Below, piece by piece: positions 35,598 to 45,493 of a stretch of 64,000 nucleotides of DNA. Origin of the DNA: Oikopleura dioica (lineage: Eukaryota > Animalia > Chordata). Position numbers and translations under genes: made by a program. The notes beneath the pieces are model-generated. The model ran no database searches, was not told the DNA's origin, and worked only from the letters and a program-made list of their open reading frames with translations. The number at the start of each line of letters is the position of its first letter. Position 1 is the stretch's first letter. The stretch covers positions 2,811,929 to 2,875,928 of the forward strand of contig OU015570.1 of assembly GCA_907165135.1 (NCBI GenBank). Direction: 5' to 3'.

Positions 35598-37150
35598 TAT
35601 GACGAAACAAAATGCCGCCGAGAAGAAAGCTGCCAAAAAAAAAAGCCGCTGAAAAAAAGCCGCAGATAAAAAAGCCGCTGAAAATAATGGCGCGAAGCAA
35701 GAGGCGGCCGTAAAACTTGAAATCAAGGAAGAGAAGCCTCGCCTGCCCGAAAACTGTGCTGTTAAATTTGAGACGCTAGAGCAGATGCACAGCGACTGGA
35801 TCAGTATTCTTAATCAACACAAACGCAACCCGATGAAGCGAGATGTCGAGAGAGCGCAAAAAAGGGAAGATGTTTGTCTGGAATTTATCCAGTTGGAATT
35901 TACGAACACGAACAGCGTTGTAAACAAACTCCAAGCAAATAGGAATTCCTATTATCGAAAAAAACTGAAGCTCGAGAAAACTGATCCCTTCGAACAAGGG
36001 GACTATCTTGGATTATATCGCTGGCGGTGCAAATTTGGAGAAGATTTTAATCACGAGGCATTTCGGAAGTTCCTTATTCTTGCCACTGACCATGATCTTT
36101 CTTGGATGGCAAAGGCAACAATTTTGGCTGTAGACGGAAATTTCGCACTAGTCGATGAGCTAAAGAAAGAGCTTGGAATGGGTAAATCAACGCAGCTCGT
36201 GATATTCCAGCAACCTATGCGTTGGTGCGAAACTCAGACAAAAGATTTTTGTAGTGGTAGAGTATACGCGCTCTTGCCTGACAAATCTCAAGAAACGTAC
36301 AAATTGCTCTTGGAAGGATTAAGGTCCGGTTTCATAAGTGAAAAATGCTTACATGTTAGTGAGGTCTTCTTGATCTTTGTATTTGGAGTAGAGATTTGTT
36401 GCTATTTTGCTGAAGTCTTCTATGCTTTTTACACAATATTTCCGCCGGTATCTTCTGGAGTCAGGCTGTGTGTCTAAAAAGAGATTTAGTTGAATAGAAA
36501 TGATGTTGATATGAAGCCTCAAAAAGTACTGTTACGTCTTTCGATTGCCTAAAAGGAATCTCTTTGGATATGGAGAGTGGGTGGATTTCCGCGTTCAAGA
36601 ATTTTTTTGGACCGCGAGTCGACCTGTACTATTGCCAGTGGCACATGTTCGAAGGAATTTTTCAAAATTTATTTGCGTTTTGTTATTGCAGCTTTCAAAC
36701 CTTTTTTCAGATCTGAAATATCTTATCTTGATCACGAAATGCATTTCATACAATTTTTTTTGAAAATTAATAGCCTTCAAACGATATGCCAAAGGTCAAT
36801 GTGGTTTAGGAAAAGTTTGGGATACTGAGGAATCGTTACGAGTGCGTCAGTTGGTGTATAGCCTTGGTTACTTGCCGCTGGAGGACGAAATGGTTAATCA
36901 ATGCTTTCTTTCTTTGCTTCAAGAAGAAATAGAAAAATTGGAGTTGAGCAATTCTGGCTGGAGAGAATTCTTTAATTACATTAAAGACAATTATTTGGAT
37001 TATGGCGGTAAATACTCCCCAAAAGGAAAGGTTGAAAATGAGAAGCAAACATACCTCTTTACTAAACACGATAAGGGCTGATGTAGCTTTGTAAAAGTAG
37101 TCAGAGACAGCCCAAGATGAATTAACGTTGAAATCGTCCAGGAAGGTTTG
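35598..37150 (+). pseudogene. MULE DDE transposase core, spliced and degenerate
   Basis: ILAVDGNF (D1), VYALLPDKSQETY, ISLDME (D2), YCQWH (CxxH), LGYLP...FFNYIKDNY; TGA stops near 37078 and 37107. Confidence 0.82.
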
Positions 37151-37777
37151 AATCGGCGTTCTCAAAGAACTCTTGAAAAAAAAGTTTTCTTGCAGCAGTT
37201 GATTATTGGTCTTTTACCTGAGTTATGAGGGTGTTAGTTGTGTACAAAATTGTAGCGAATCAAGTAGCACATAGGTCCAATAGGATCGGTAGGAAAGGCG
37301 GCCGAGATCTGAGAGGGGATCTCTTTCCAGCAGCGCCTCGGAATCAGAATCGAAGTCGTCGTACTCAATAACTGGATTTTCCGGATCTTGATTTTTCCTG
37401 TTGAGCCAGTGTATGTGCAGCAGGGCTGGATATTTTGAAATCAGCAAAAATTTCAAATCAATATTTGTGTGAAATCTCATTTCTATCACAAAATTTTGCA
37501 CCATCTCAACAAATCTCAAATCTCAAATTATTGCAACACCCTCGTCATAATTTTTTCCAGTCTTGAGATTGCTGAGATCTCAAGATCTCAAATCGCAAAA
37601 TTTTGCAAACCGCGCACGGGCCGCGGATAAAGTTTGCGCACTTAGAGCAAGACATGTGATTGGTTCAGATGGATCTGAAATGCATGAAATTTCAGAATCT
37701 CAAATCTCATTTCATTGCAACGCATGTATCCAACTCGCGCCATTTTGTGAGATAATTGAGATCTCAGCATTTCAATG

Positions 37778-38690
37778 TCATTTTTTTGCAAAATTGAAAA
37801 TTGAGATCTCAGACAGAAAATTAGCTGAGATTTCATTTTTGAAATGGTTGAGATGATGATTCATGTTTTTTCGGGGTTTGAAATTTTTGTTGATTTCAAA
37901 ATATCCAGCCCTGATGTGCAGAGCTGGAAGGTCGCAGCGCGGGTCCACGAACACGTGCTCCATGAAATGCGGAAGAAGCTTTTTGTTGAAAATGTCGTCA
38001 GAAGAGCAGTGCAGCTCGTAGTCGCAGCTTGTCGGGCGCGAACCTTGCTGCACTTTGGGGAAGCCGGTCAGAAAGTCGGGAGTGACATAATTGTAAAATC
38101 CATTTTGAACCTTGAACTTTTCCTCCAACACTTCTCTGATCGCATCGTGCAAGTACGGCTTCGTGTAGGTTATTTTGATGTACAGTCTTTTTTCCGTAGT
38201 GTAGCCGTAAAACGGAGTCCGCCAAAATGGCTTCAGTTTTCCAAGAAATTCGCCTCGTACTCTTTTTAGTTGGTTCAAAAGCGAGTCTTCCATGATTTAA
38301 AAAAGCTGTTTTTTCGGAACCGTGCATGAGGCGCGCGTCGTTTTTCAAAAGCTCGAGGACTGCGTTTATGTCTCTTTCGAGCACATGCGGATTCGTTGCA
38401 ATGTAGAAATAGGGAGCAGCAAATAGTATCAGCAGTCAATCTTGTACCGACCGAGTTGTATGCGGGCTATGTATTTTATCTGAAGAAACTTTTAGTGATC
38501 GCTCTTTTTTTAGCGAAAAAACCTTGGTAATCGCCTCGTTTTCCTTTTCTAGTGGCGGGAAATCTTTTTTTATTTCAGTAGCGGGATCCATGTCAGACAG
38601 AAGCATCGAGACGTGATTGAACTCGTCGTATTTCCTCTTTTTGTTTCTCGTCACCATCGACTCTTCTTGCTGATCGTTTGACGATGCCAC
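37778..38690 (-). CDS. Protein resembling the N-terminal domain of family-B DNA polymerases (Pol delta/zeta), with no catalytic domains
   Basis: AAPYFYIA and RTPFYGYTTEKRLYIKITYTKP recall the PYFY and PFYGY...FxKI...P motifs of POLD1/REV3; interrupted by a stop/frameshift or introns. Confidence 0.45.
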
Positions 38691-38833
38691 GTTGGAATCT
38701 TTTTTTCTTGCTCGAGCTTCTCAACTGAAAAATTAAAATTTCAACTTCGTTTCAAGTTCCAACTAACCCAGATAATTTTAATTACAGTCTCTATTATACA
38801 GCTAAAGCTATAAAAACAAGGATGAGGCGTGTC

Positions 38834-39908
38834 TTACCTAGTAAACATTCGAATATCCCAGAGTTTGTTCTTCCGCTGTTTCTCAGCAGGAAACGATTAC
38901 GCTATCACCTCCAGCGAATGCTTAATAATCGCTAAACTTCTCAAAGCACACGGCATTCAAAAAATGGTTTTGTTCTTTCTGACTGGCGGTGAAAACAGAA
39001 GAATATGCCCTTTAAAAGTGAGCACACTTGTATCTTCTTCATCCACTTCAACAACTGTATTCTGATGCCCTGTGGGAACATAATCGTGTCGGTAGTCCCA
39101 GTAGTCGTCTGCGATTTGAGAGGTGAACTTTTCCGTCGCCTCCGGTCTAAGCAGACGGTTTGTCTCTTATGAAGAAGTTAAAGAAATATTACCTCGTAAA
39201 CATTCGAATATCCCAGAGTTTGATCGCTTGATCTTTCGCTGATGTGAGTACAGTTCTTCCATCATGCGCCGTATAGATGTACGCGATTCCGTCAGCATGA
39301 CCAGCAAAGTATCCAACAACTCCCTTTTCTCGTTTGTTTCCAAACAAACGCATGTCTCATCAGGAAAGGATTCCGCTATCACCTCCAGTGAATGCCAAAT
39401 AATCGCTAAACTTCTCAAAGCACACGGCATTCAAAAAATGGTTTTGTTCTTTCTTACTGGCGGTGAAAACAGAAGAATATGCCCTTTAAAAGTGAGCACA
39501 CTTGTATCTTCTTCATCCACTTCAACAACTGTATTCTGATGCCTCGTGGGAACATAATCGTGTCGGTAGTCCCAGTAGTCGTCTGCGATTTGAGAGGTGA
39601 ACTTTTCCGTCGCCTCCGGTCTAAGCAGACGGTTTGTCTCTTATGAAGAAGTTAAAGAAATATTACCTCGTAAACATTCGAATATCCCAGAGTTTGATCG
39701 CTTGATCTTTCGCTGATGTGAGTACAGTTCTTCCATCATGCGCCGTATAGATGTACGCGATTCCGTCAGCATGACCAGCAAAGTATCCAACAACTCCCTT
39801 TTCTCGTTTGTTTCCAAACAAACGCATGTCTCATCAGGAAAGGATTCCGCTATCACCTCCAGCGAATGCCAAATAATCGCTAAACTTCTCAAAGCACACG
39901 GCATTCAT
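38834..39908. repeat. Tandem triplication, period 474 bp (first unit shortened and diverged)
   Basis: Identical ORFs at 39167-39430 and 39641-39904; partial unit at 38834-39188. Confidence 0.9.
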
Positions 39909-40663
39909 GTCGTAGTCGTTCTTCTGATCCAATTTTTTGAACGCTTGGAGTTGCGCTTTCGAAGTAGTTTTTCACCTCGTCGATGAAGCAATGTTTGAAA
40001 ATGGACTTGAACGAAATTGGGTACCCAAGAACTCGGAAGCCAAGAAAGATGATTGCTTGAACATCTGGCAGGGAAACTCGCTCATAATTGACCGAAGTGG
40101 TCTTTCTCTTGCGCTTGAGCTTTTTCACTCGATTGAGAGCAACTTGAGCTTCAGGTTCAGAATCGGAAGAAGTGAATTCGAAGTGAGTGTTGTTCCCGGC
40201 CGAGTAAATTCCAAGTTCGACGTCTTTCGGCGTCTTTTTGTACTGCATCGGATCGTAGCTCGTTTTTTCGAGTCCATTGAAGCCGTCGTTCTTGATCGCT
40301 CGGTACATGTGCAAATCGCGGTCGCGGAAGTTGACCGGGTTGGAGTCGGAACCAAAGCACAACAGTCGGCCGCTAAGATAGGTAAACCACATTTCGCGCA
40401 AAAGTAGAAGGATCTTTGAAGAAGTAGATTCATCGAGCTGCAACTCTCGGCAAATTGAGAGGGCTTTTCCTCGGAGAATTTGCTGTAAAGCTTCGATTGT
40501 CTCGTAAGCTCTTAAGTTTCGCATCGATCTTGGCCTGCTTCTCCTGTTCTTGTTTTGCCTTGTTCTCGTTGGCTTTCAGTCGTTGTTGCTTTTTCTTTCG
40601 CATGTATTCTTCTCTCTGCTTGGCAACGTGAACTGATTCATCTCCGACGACTAAAAGCATCAA
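39889..40663 (-). CDS. TAF1B/RRN7-like (Pol I core factor) fragment, frameshifted
   Basis: EALQQILRGKALSI...LREMWFTYL and VSLPDVQAIIFLGFRVLGYPISFKSI resemble the RRN7/TAF1B cyclin-fold segments; basic K/Q-rich N-terminal piece. Confidence 0.45.
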
Positions 40664-40777
40664 TTAATAAGTTTTCAAATTTTCAACCTTTTAAAAGACT
40701 GGTGCGGCAATAACAAGCGAGTTCAAGAACGCAATGAATCGATTACCAACAATTCCGTTGAAAATGAAAATAGTATA

Positions 40778-42095
40778 TTGACGCAGTCTGGTCATAGAAA
40801 AAAGCCGAATGCAGAAAATTTTATCTCGCGATTGTATAACCACAAATACAGTAACATGCAAAACGAAATGTCGATTATGGAAGGAAAATCAAAGCTGCCA
40901 CTTTACAACAACCACGACCTCTTAAAGAGGTTTACTAGAGGAAACGCGCTCCGCCGCCTTCACCAATGTACTCGACGACTATGCGGTTCAATATACAGTC
41001 TTACGGAAGCGGATATTTTGAATGTTCAACGACATATTCGTAATGCATGCAGTGATATATTTAACGCAGACAGTATTTCGACCAGTGCCCTTATCAATCA
41101 AGAAGCATTCATAGCCTACATGAAGAAAATTCCTAACGACGTGTATAAATCGAAGCTCGAAAAACAGTTAAGTTATATTGGTGATCCTGTTTTCAAAAAG
41201 AAAAAAAAAAGAAACTCAAAATTTCGAAGAAGATGATGAAATCAAGGAAGAGAAACCTGACTCGGCGCAACGAAAAATCACAGATTTCTTTGGTAATAAG
41301 TCTGGAGCATTTGTCAAACCTGCCAAAACTGATGTCGTCGACGAGCAAAAAGATCCAAAAGTCGTCATTCTCCATCCAGATCCTGAGCCATCGGTCAAAT
41401 CGACATCTGAAATTGGGAAACTTAAGTTATCGTCTGCTTTGCAAAAAGAAGTGAATCGACATCTCAAGAAAAAATTGAGAACAAAAAAGTCGAAGGAAAC
41501 ATGTATTGCAACGATAAATGGCTATGACTTAAGATGTGAAATTTTTGCTGATCTAAAGCCGAGAGTTGGCCTGAGCGACAGAATAATTGATATTTACTCG
41601 AGTATCCTGGAATCTGAAGCTGACAAACTTGGAAAATCATTATTAATCAAAAGCGCTCTTTATTTCACTCAAATTAATGCTGGGATGCCATCTGGAGCTT
41701 CAGCGAATCCTCATCTTTCAAACGAAATATATATGCCGATAAAATGCAGTACACGTTGGCATTGGCTTCTGTTACGAATCATTCCTAATACGAAGAAAAT
41801 GATCATTTATGACAGCTCAATACTCGAAAGTCTAACTGAAGAAGTGCATAGAGATTATACTGACATTTTCTCGACAGTCAAAAACCGTTATCTGTATGCG
41901 TTCAAATCCGAATGGAAGGAGGAAATCGCTGATTGTCCGCAACAAAAAGCAGGGACCAATAATTGCGGATGTTATACACTTATGGCGATGCGCTGGCTTA
42001 TTTTTGATGAATATAACGAGGAATCGATCACTCCGCGAGAAAACTTACGAAAAAAAATTGGAGAAGAACTTATCGCTGGCCGTCTTCTTTTTTAA
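40778..42095 (+). CDS. Ulp1/SENP-type C48 cysteine peptidase (two ORFs joined at a poly-A run, ~41200)
   Basis: WHWLLLRI (His), IIYDS (Asp), CPQQ...NNCG (Gln/Cys). Confidence 0.85.
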
Positions 42096-42181
42096 AATTT
42101 GTATCTTACCTTATTTTTTGTCCAGTAAACAGTCCGATTCTGTCGAGTAAATTAGCGTTCCGTTATCAGCGCAACAGCCTC

Positions 42182-42750
42182 TTAAATTTGAAATAAATCC
42201 ACTTGATCATCAATAGCAACGAACCTAGGCGACTGGGCTACAGAATGAACCTCTCGTAAGCTCTTCAAGTCGTAGATATTGATCTCGCTTGCTTTCATGT
42301 CTGTCCGTAGTTTCTCAGCTGGAATTGTTACTGGAATGATAGCGAGTCGTTTAGAGAGATTGGTACGAGAAAAAATGACGGTTTTGGAGAAAGTAGCGAT
42401 GAATATGCGGAAGCTATCAATTGCGATTGCAAAAATAGCTGTCGATGTCGAAAGACTTCTGAAAATATAGTCAGATCTGTGTGTCTCGATATTGAGTACC
42501 TGTAATTGTAGCTCCTTCCCTTCTTCATTCAGCCGCCAAAGTCGAATTCTTCCATGCACGTCTGCAGTAAACAGCTCATCTCCTTCCATAACCATGTCTG
42601 AAATGCTTGCCCGTTGTCCGTTCGCGACCAAATCAGTGGTAAAAACACTCTTGTCAGGAAAAACGGCAAGGATGGAACCAAAGGTAGTGCCGACAAAAAC
42701 AAGACGGTGGCTTTCTGAATTTTAAGAAAGGTTGATCCATCTGGATCACC
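42182..42750 (-). CDS. WD40/beta-propeller-like fragment
   Basis: LVFVGTTFGSILAV; ISDMVMEGDELFTADVHGRIRLWRL. Confidence 0.45.
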
Positions 42751-44059
42751 TGAAAATTAATAGAAAAATGATAATTGTTAAAAGAAACAAAAAATAATGA
42801 ATAGTAAAGAGGAAACAAATGAATATATCGTGATCTTCTTATATTTCCTCTTTTATATTCTTCATTTTTCTTCTCTGATCTTGAATTCTGAAAGAAAAAT
42901 GGCTTTGCGAAGCCTCGCCCAATCGGAGCATAGCCCGCCCGAATTCAAAAATTTTACTTGATTTCGTGAAAAATCAGGAAAACTGAATATTTTGCCTCAA
43001 AATTATTTTACTGACTTCAAAAATTATTTTAATTTTAAGATTTTATGCGTCGAGAGGGGGGTTAAGTAGAAATTGTAAGAGTCGATATTTTCAGTTTTTG
43101 ATTTTTGAGATTTTTGACGGCAATTTTTCCTGGTTTGGTAAAAATCATGGTTTGGTAAAAATCCTGATTTGGTAAGACTCTAGAATCTTTACCAAACCAG
43201 GATTCTTACCAAACTATGATTCTTACCAAACCAGGAATTTTACCAAACCAGGAAACACCTTTCTGTTGGGCTTATAAAAAAACTGGGCCCTGTCCTCCTT
43301 TTTCGAGATATTTGATTTTAAAGGTAAGCTTCGAAAAATATTTTTCAAAATGACTCGTAACAGAAAGGGAGGGCCCAGTTTTTTTATCGGTTTAATAGAA
43401 AGCCCTTATCAAGACCTTTCGAATGAGCCCCTTCATGTTCCCGTACGATGACCAGATAGTGAAAATCGTCTTTTTTACGTCCGAGGAGACACCATAAAGG
43501 AAGGTGATGTAGTAATTGTCGTAAATAACAAAACTCTTGGTCATGGGAACGCCAGTACAGGGCCGTATCTGGTTTTAAGGAATAATAACGGGGCCGTAGA
43601 GATAGAACATATGGTAAATGAAACCAGGTGCATCAGGAATGAGAAAATGATTCGCAAATTGTTCATGACTGAGAACATGAAAGAGGCTGTGCGCAACCGC
43701 GCAGTCCGTCTCAGCGACGACGGAATTTTTATGATCAACGACAAGCAAGCCCCAGCGCCACTCGATCCAAAAACAGATCCTTTTGAACCCGACCAGTACT
43801 CAAATATTCACCAGAGAGCAACCCAAAATTCACAAAACAGAATCGAACCCAATCAGGGGTCTGGATTCGCTTTGCGAATTCGCTCATGAGCGAAGCGAAG
43901 CGAAGCGAAGCGAATTCACTTCGCTTCGCTTTCGCTTTTTGTAATTTCAATTCGCTTCGCTTCGCTTCGCTTCGCTTTCGCTTTTCTCGAACTCGACGAT
44001 GAAAATGTTGCCTGCGAAGAGCTCAAAATGAGATTCTAGGGCGAGCGCCTCAGGGCAGT

Positions 44060-44133
44060 GGCCGGTTAGCTCAGTTGGTTAGAGCGTCGTGCTAATAACG
44101 CGAATGTCGCGGGTTCGATCCCCGTACTGGCCA
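44060..44133 (+). tRNA. trnI: tRNA-Ile (AAT)
   Basis: GGCCGGTTAGCTCAGTTGGTTAGAGCGTCGTGCT-AAT-AACGCGAATGTCGCGGGTTCGATCCCCGTACTGGCCA; full cloverleaf, A and B boxes, followed by TTTT. Confidence 0.95.
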
Positions 44134-44436
44134 TTATTTTGGAGGGTGAGATTTGAAATCTCAGATTTCAGTTTTTAACAGTTTAACATTTATTATCAGT
44201 TTTCAGAAAATCATAACCAACGGTTTCGGATTTGTGCAATTCGTAGATTAAAGCAATCACTGTTTCATTATCAATTAATTTTAAAACGCTGGAGGATACA
44301 AATCATTCTGGTTCAAAAGAGAAATCATTTTACTAGATAACATTTGTTTCGAGATGCAGGGAGCATTCTTTATATTGCTTCTTATCAATCTTCTTATCTA
44401 CCCCTTATAAAAATAGATCGAACCAAACCAAAAAAA

Positions 44437-44510
44437 TGGGTAATTCGGGACTCGATCCCTCAGCGTCTGGGTACAAATCCTAACGCTTTATCAACCTAAC
44501 CAACTCGCCG
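44437..44510 (-). pseudogene. Degenerate tRNA-like sequence
   Basis: Minus strand has a B-box-like GGATCGAGTCCC, an A-box-like stretch and the same upstream motif as the tRNA-Ile; stems are poorly paired. Confidence 0.45.
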
Positions 44511-44985
44511 TACTGCCCTAGGGCGCGTTTCCGCTTATCACTTTTCATTTTGAGCCCATTTTCCTTCTTGATAATCACCGACCGTTGCAGGATAATAGAG
44601 TCCATCTTTCTGTCTCCTCGCAAGAACTTTCGTCTCTCGCAGAATCGCCGAGGAAGTGGGTACGTGATTGATCAGCTTTTTTACAGTGGCGTTGTACGCA
44701 TCTTATCATTGTTTTCCTGTTTAACTAGCAAATGCCTGATCTTTACCTTTTGCGCCCGGTTGACAAGTTTATGTTTGCCCAGAGTTCAGAACTTACAGCT
44801 TTATCAAGTTTTCGATTCAATACAGTAACTGCTCATAAGTACAGTTGTGTCAACCGGGACCTGTAACGTTGACGACCTGGGCGGGCAATACAGTGGGTAC
44901 AGTAGCAATCGGTCCCCATGGAGTTTGCTGGACAAAGATTTGACGACCTGAAGTTAAAGATGAAGTTTTTAGCCTTGAAAACAAT

Positions 44986-45206
44986 GTGGATTTATTTCAA
45001 ATTTAAGAGGCTGTTGCGCTGATAACGGAACGCTAATTTACTCGACAGAATCGGACTGTTTACTGGACAAAAAATAAGGTAAGATACAAATTTTAAAAAA
45101 GAAGACGGCCAGCGATAAGTTCTTCTCCAATTTTTTTTCGTAAGTTTTCTCGCGGAGTGATCGATTCCTCGTTATATTCATCAAAAATAAGCCAGCGCCA
45201 TCGCCA
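44986..45206 (-). repeat. ~220-bp inverted copy of 41983-42202 (3' ends of the Ulp1 and WD40-like cargo genes)
   Basis: Near-perfect reverse complement with a 1-nt indel. Confidence 0.92.
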
Positions 45207-45493
45207 GTTCTTGAAATGGACGCTTTTTCAAAGGTTAAATATTTCCGGAAAATTTTCGCTTTTTTTCGCTTTTTCGAAAAATTTTTCGCTTCGCTTCGCT
45301 TTCGCTCACAAAATTTTGATTCGCTTCGCTTCGCTTTCGCTTAAAATTTTTGAAAAATTTTCGCTTTCGCTTCGCTTTCGCTTTTCATTTTTGGCCAAAA
45401 TCCAGACCCCTGACCCAATAATACGCCATCGAGATTTCATAACCCCGGATATGAACGGAATCTTAGACCGAGGAGAATAATAAATAATCGAGA

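Larger units (their letters stand above)
32899..43259 (+). mobile_element. Large Mutator-like element (MULE), 10361 bp, with multiple cargo genes
   Basis: ~210-bp TIRs (GGTGTTTCCTGGTTTGGTAA...) built of TGGTTTGGTAA units; 9-bp TSD TTTCTGTTG (32890-32898, 43260-43268); MULE transposase motifs inside. Confidence 0.93.
32807..43486. mobile_element. Small TIR element (~310 bp net) interrupting the integrase, itself interrupted by the large MULE
   Basis: ~85-bp imperfect inverted repeats starting CCTCGGACGTAAAAA (32807) and ending TTTTTACGTCCGAGG (43486); no clean TSD; some integrase sequence appears lost. Confidence 0.7.
43854..45412. mobile_element. Non-autonomous hAT/P-like TIR element, 1559 bp, carrying captured sequences
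   Basis: 14-bp TIR CAGGGGTCTGGATT / AATCCAGACCCCTG; 7-bp TSD ACCCAAT; subterminal (CGCTT)n and (CGAAG)n arrays. Confidence 0.9.

Noticed and set aside
43274-43388. Mini-TIR element ATAAAAAAACTGGGCCCT
   Set aside because: The inverted repeat is real, but there is no TSD, so it could not be separated from the enclosing small element.
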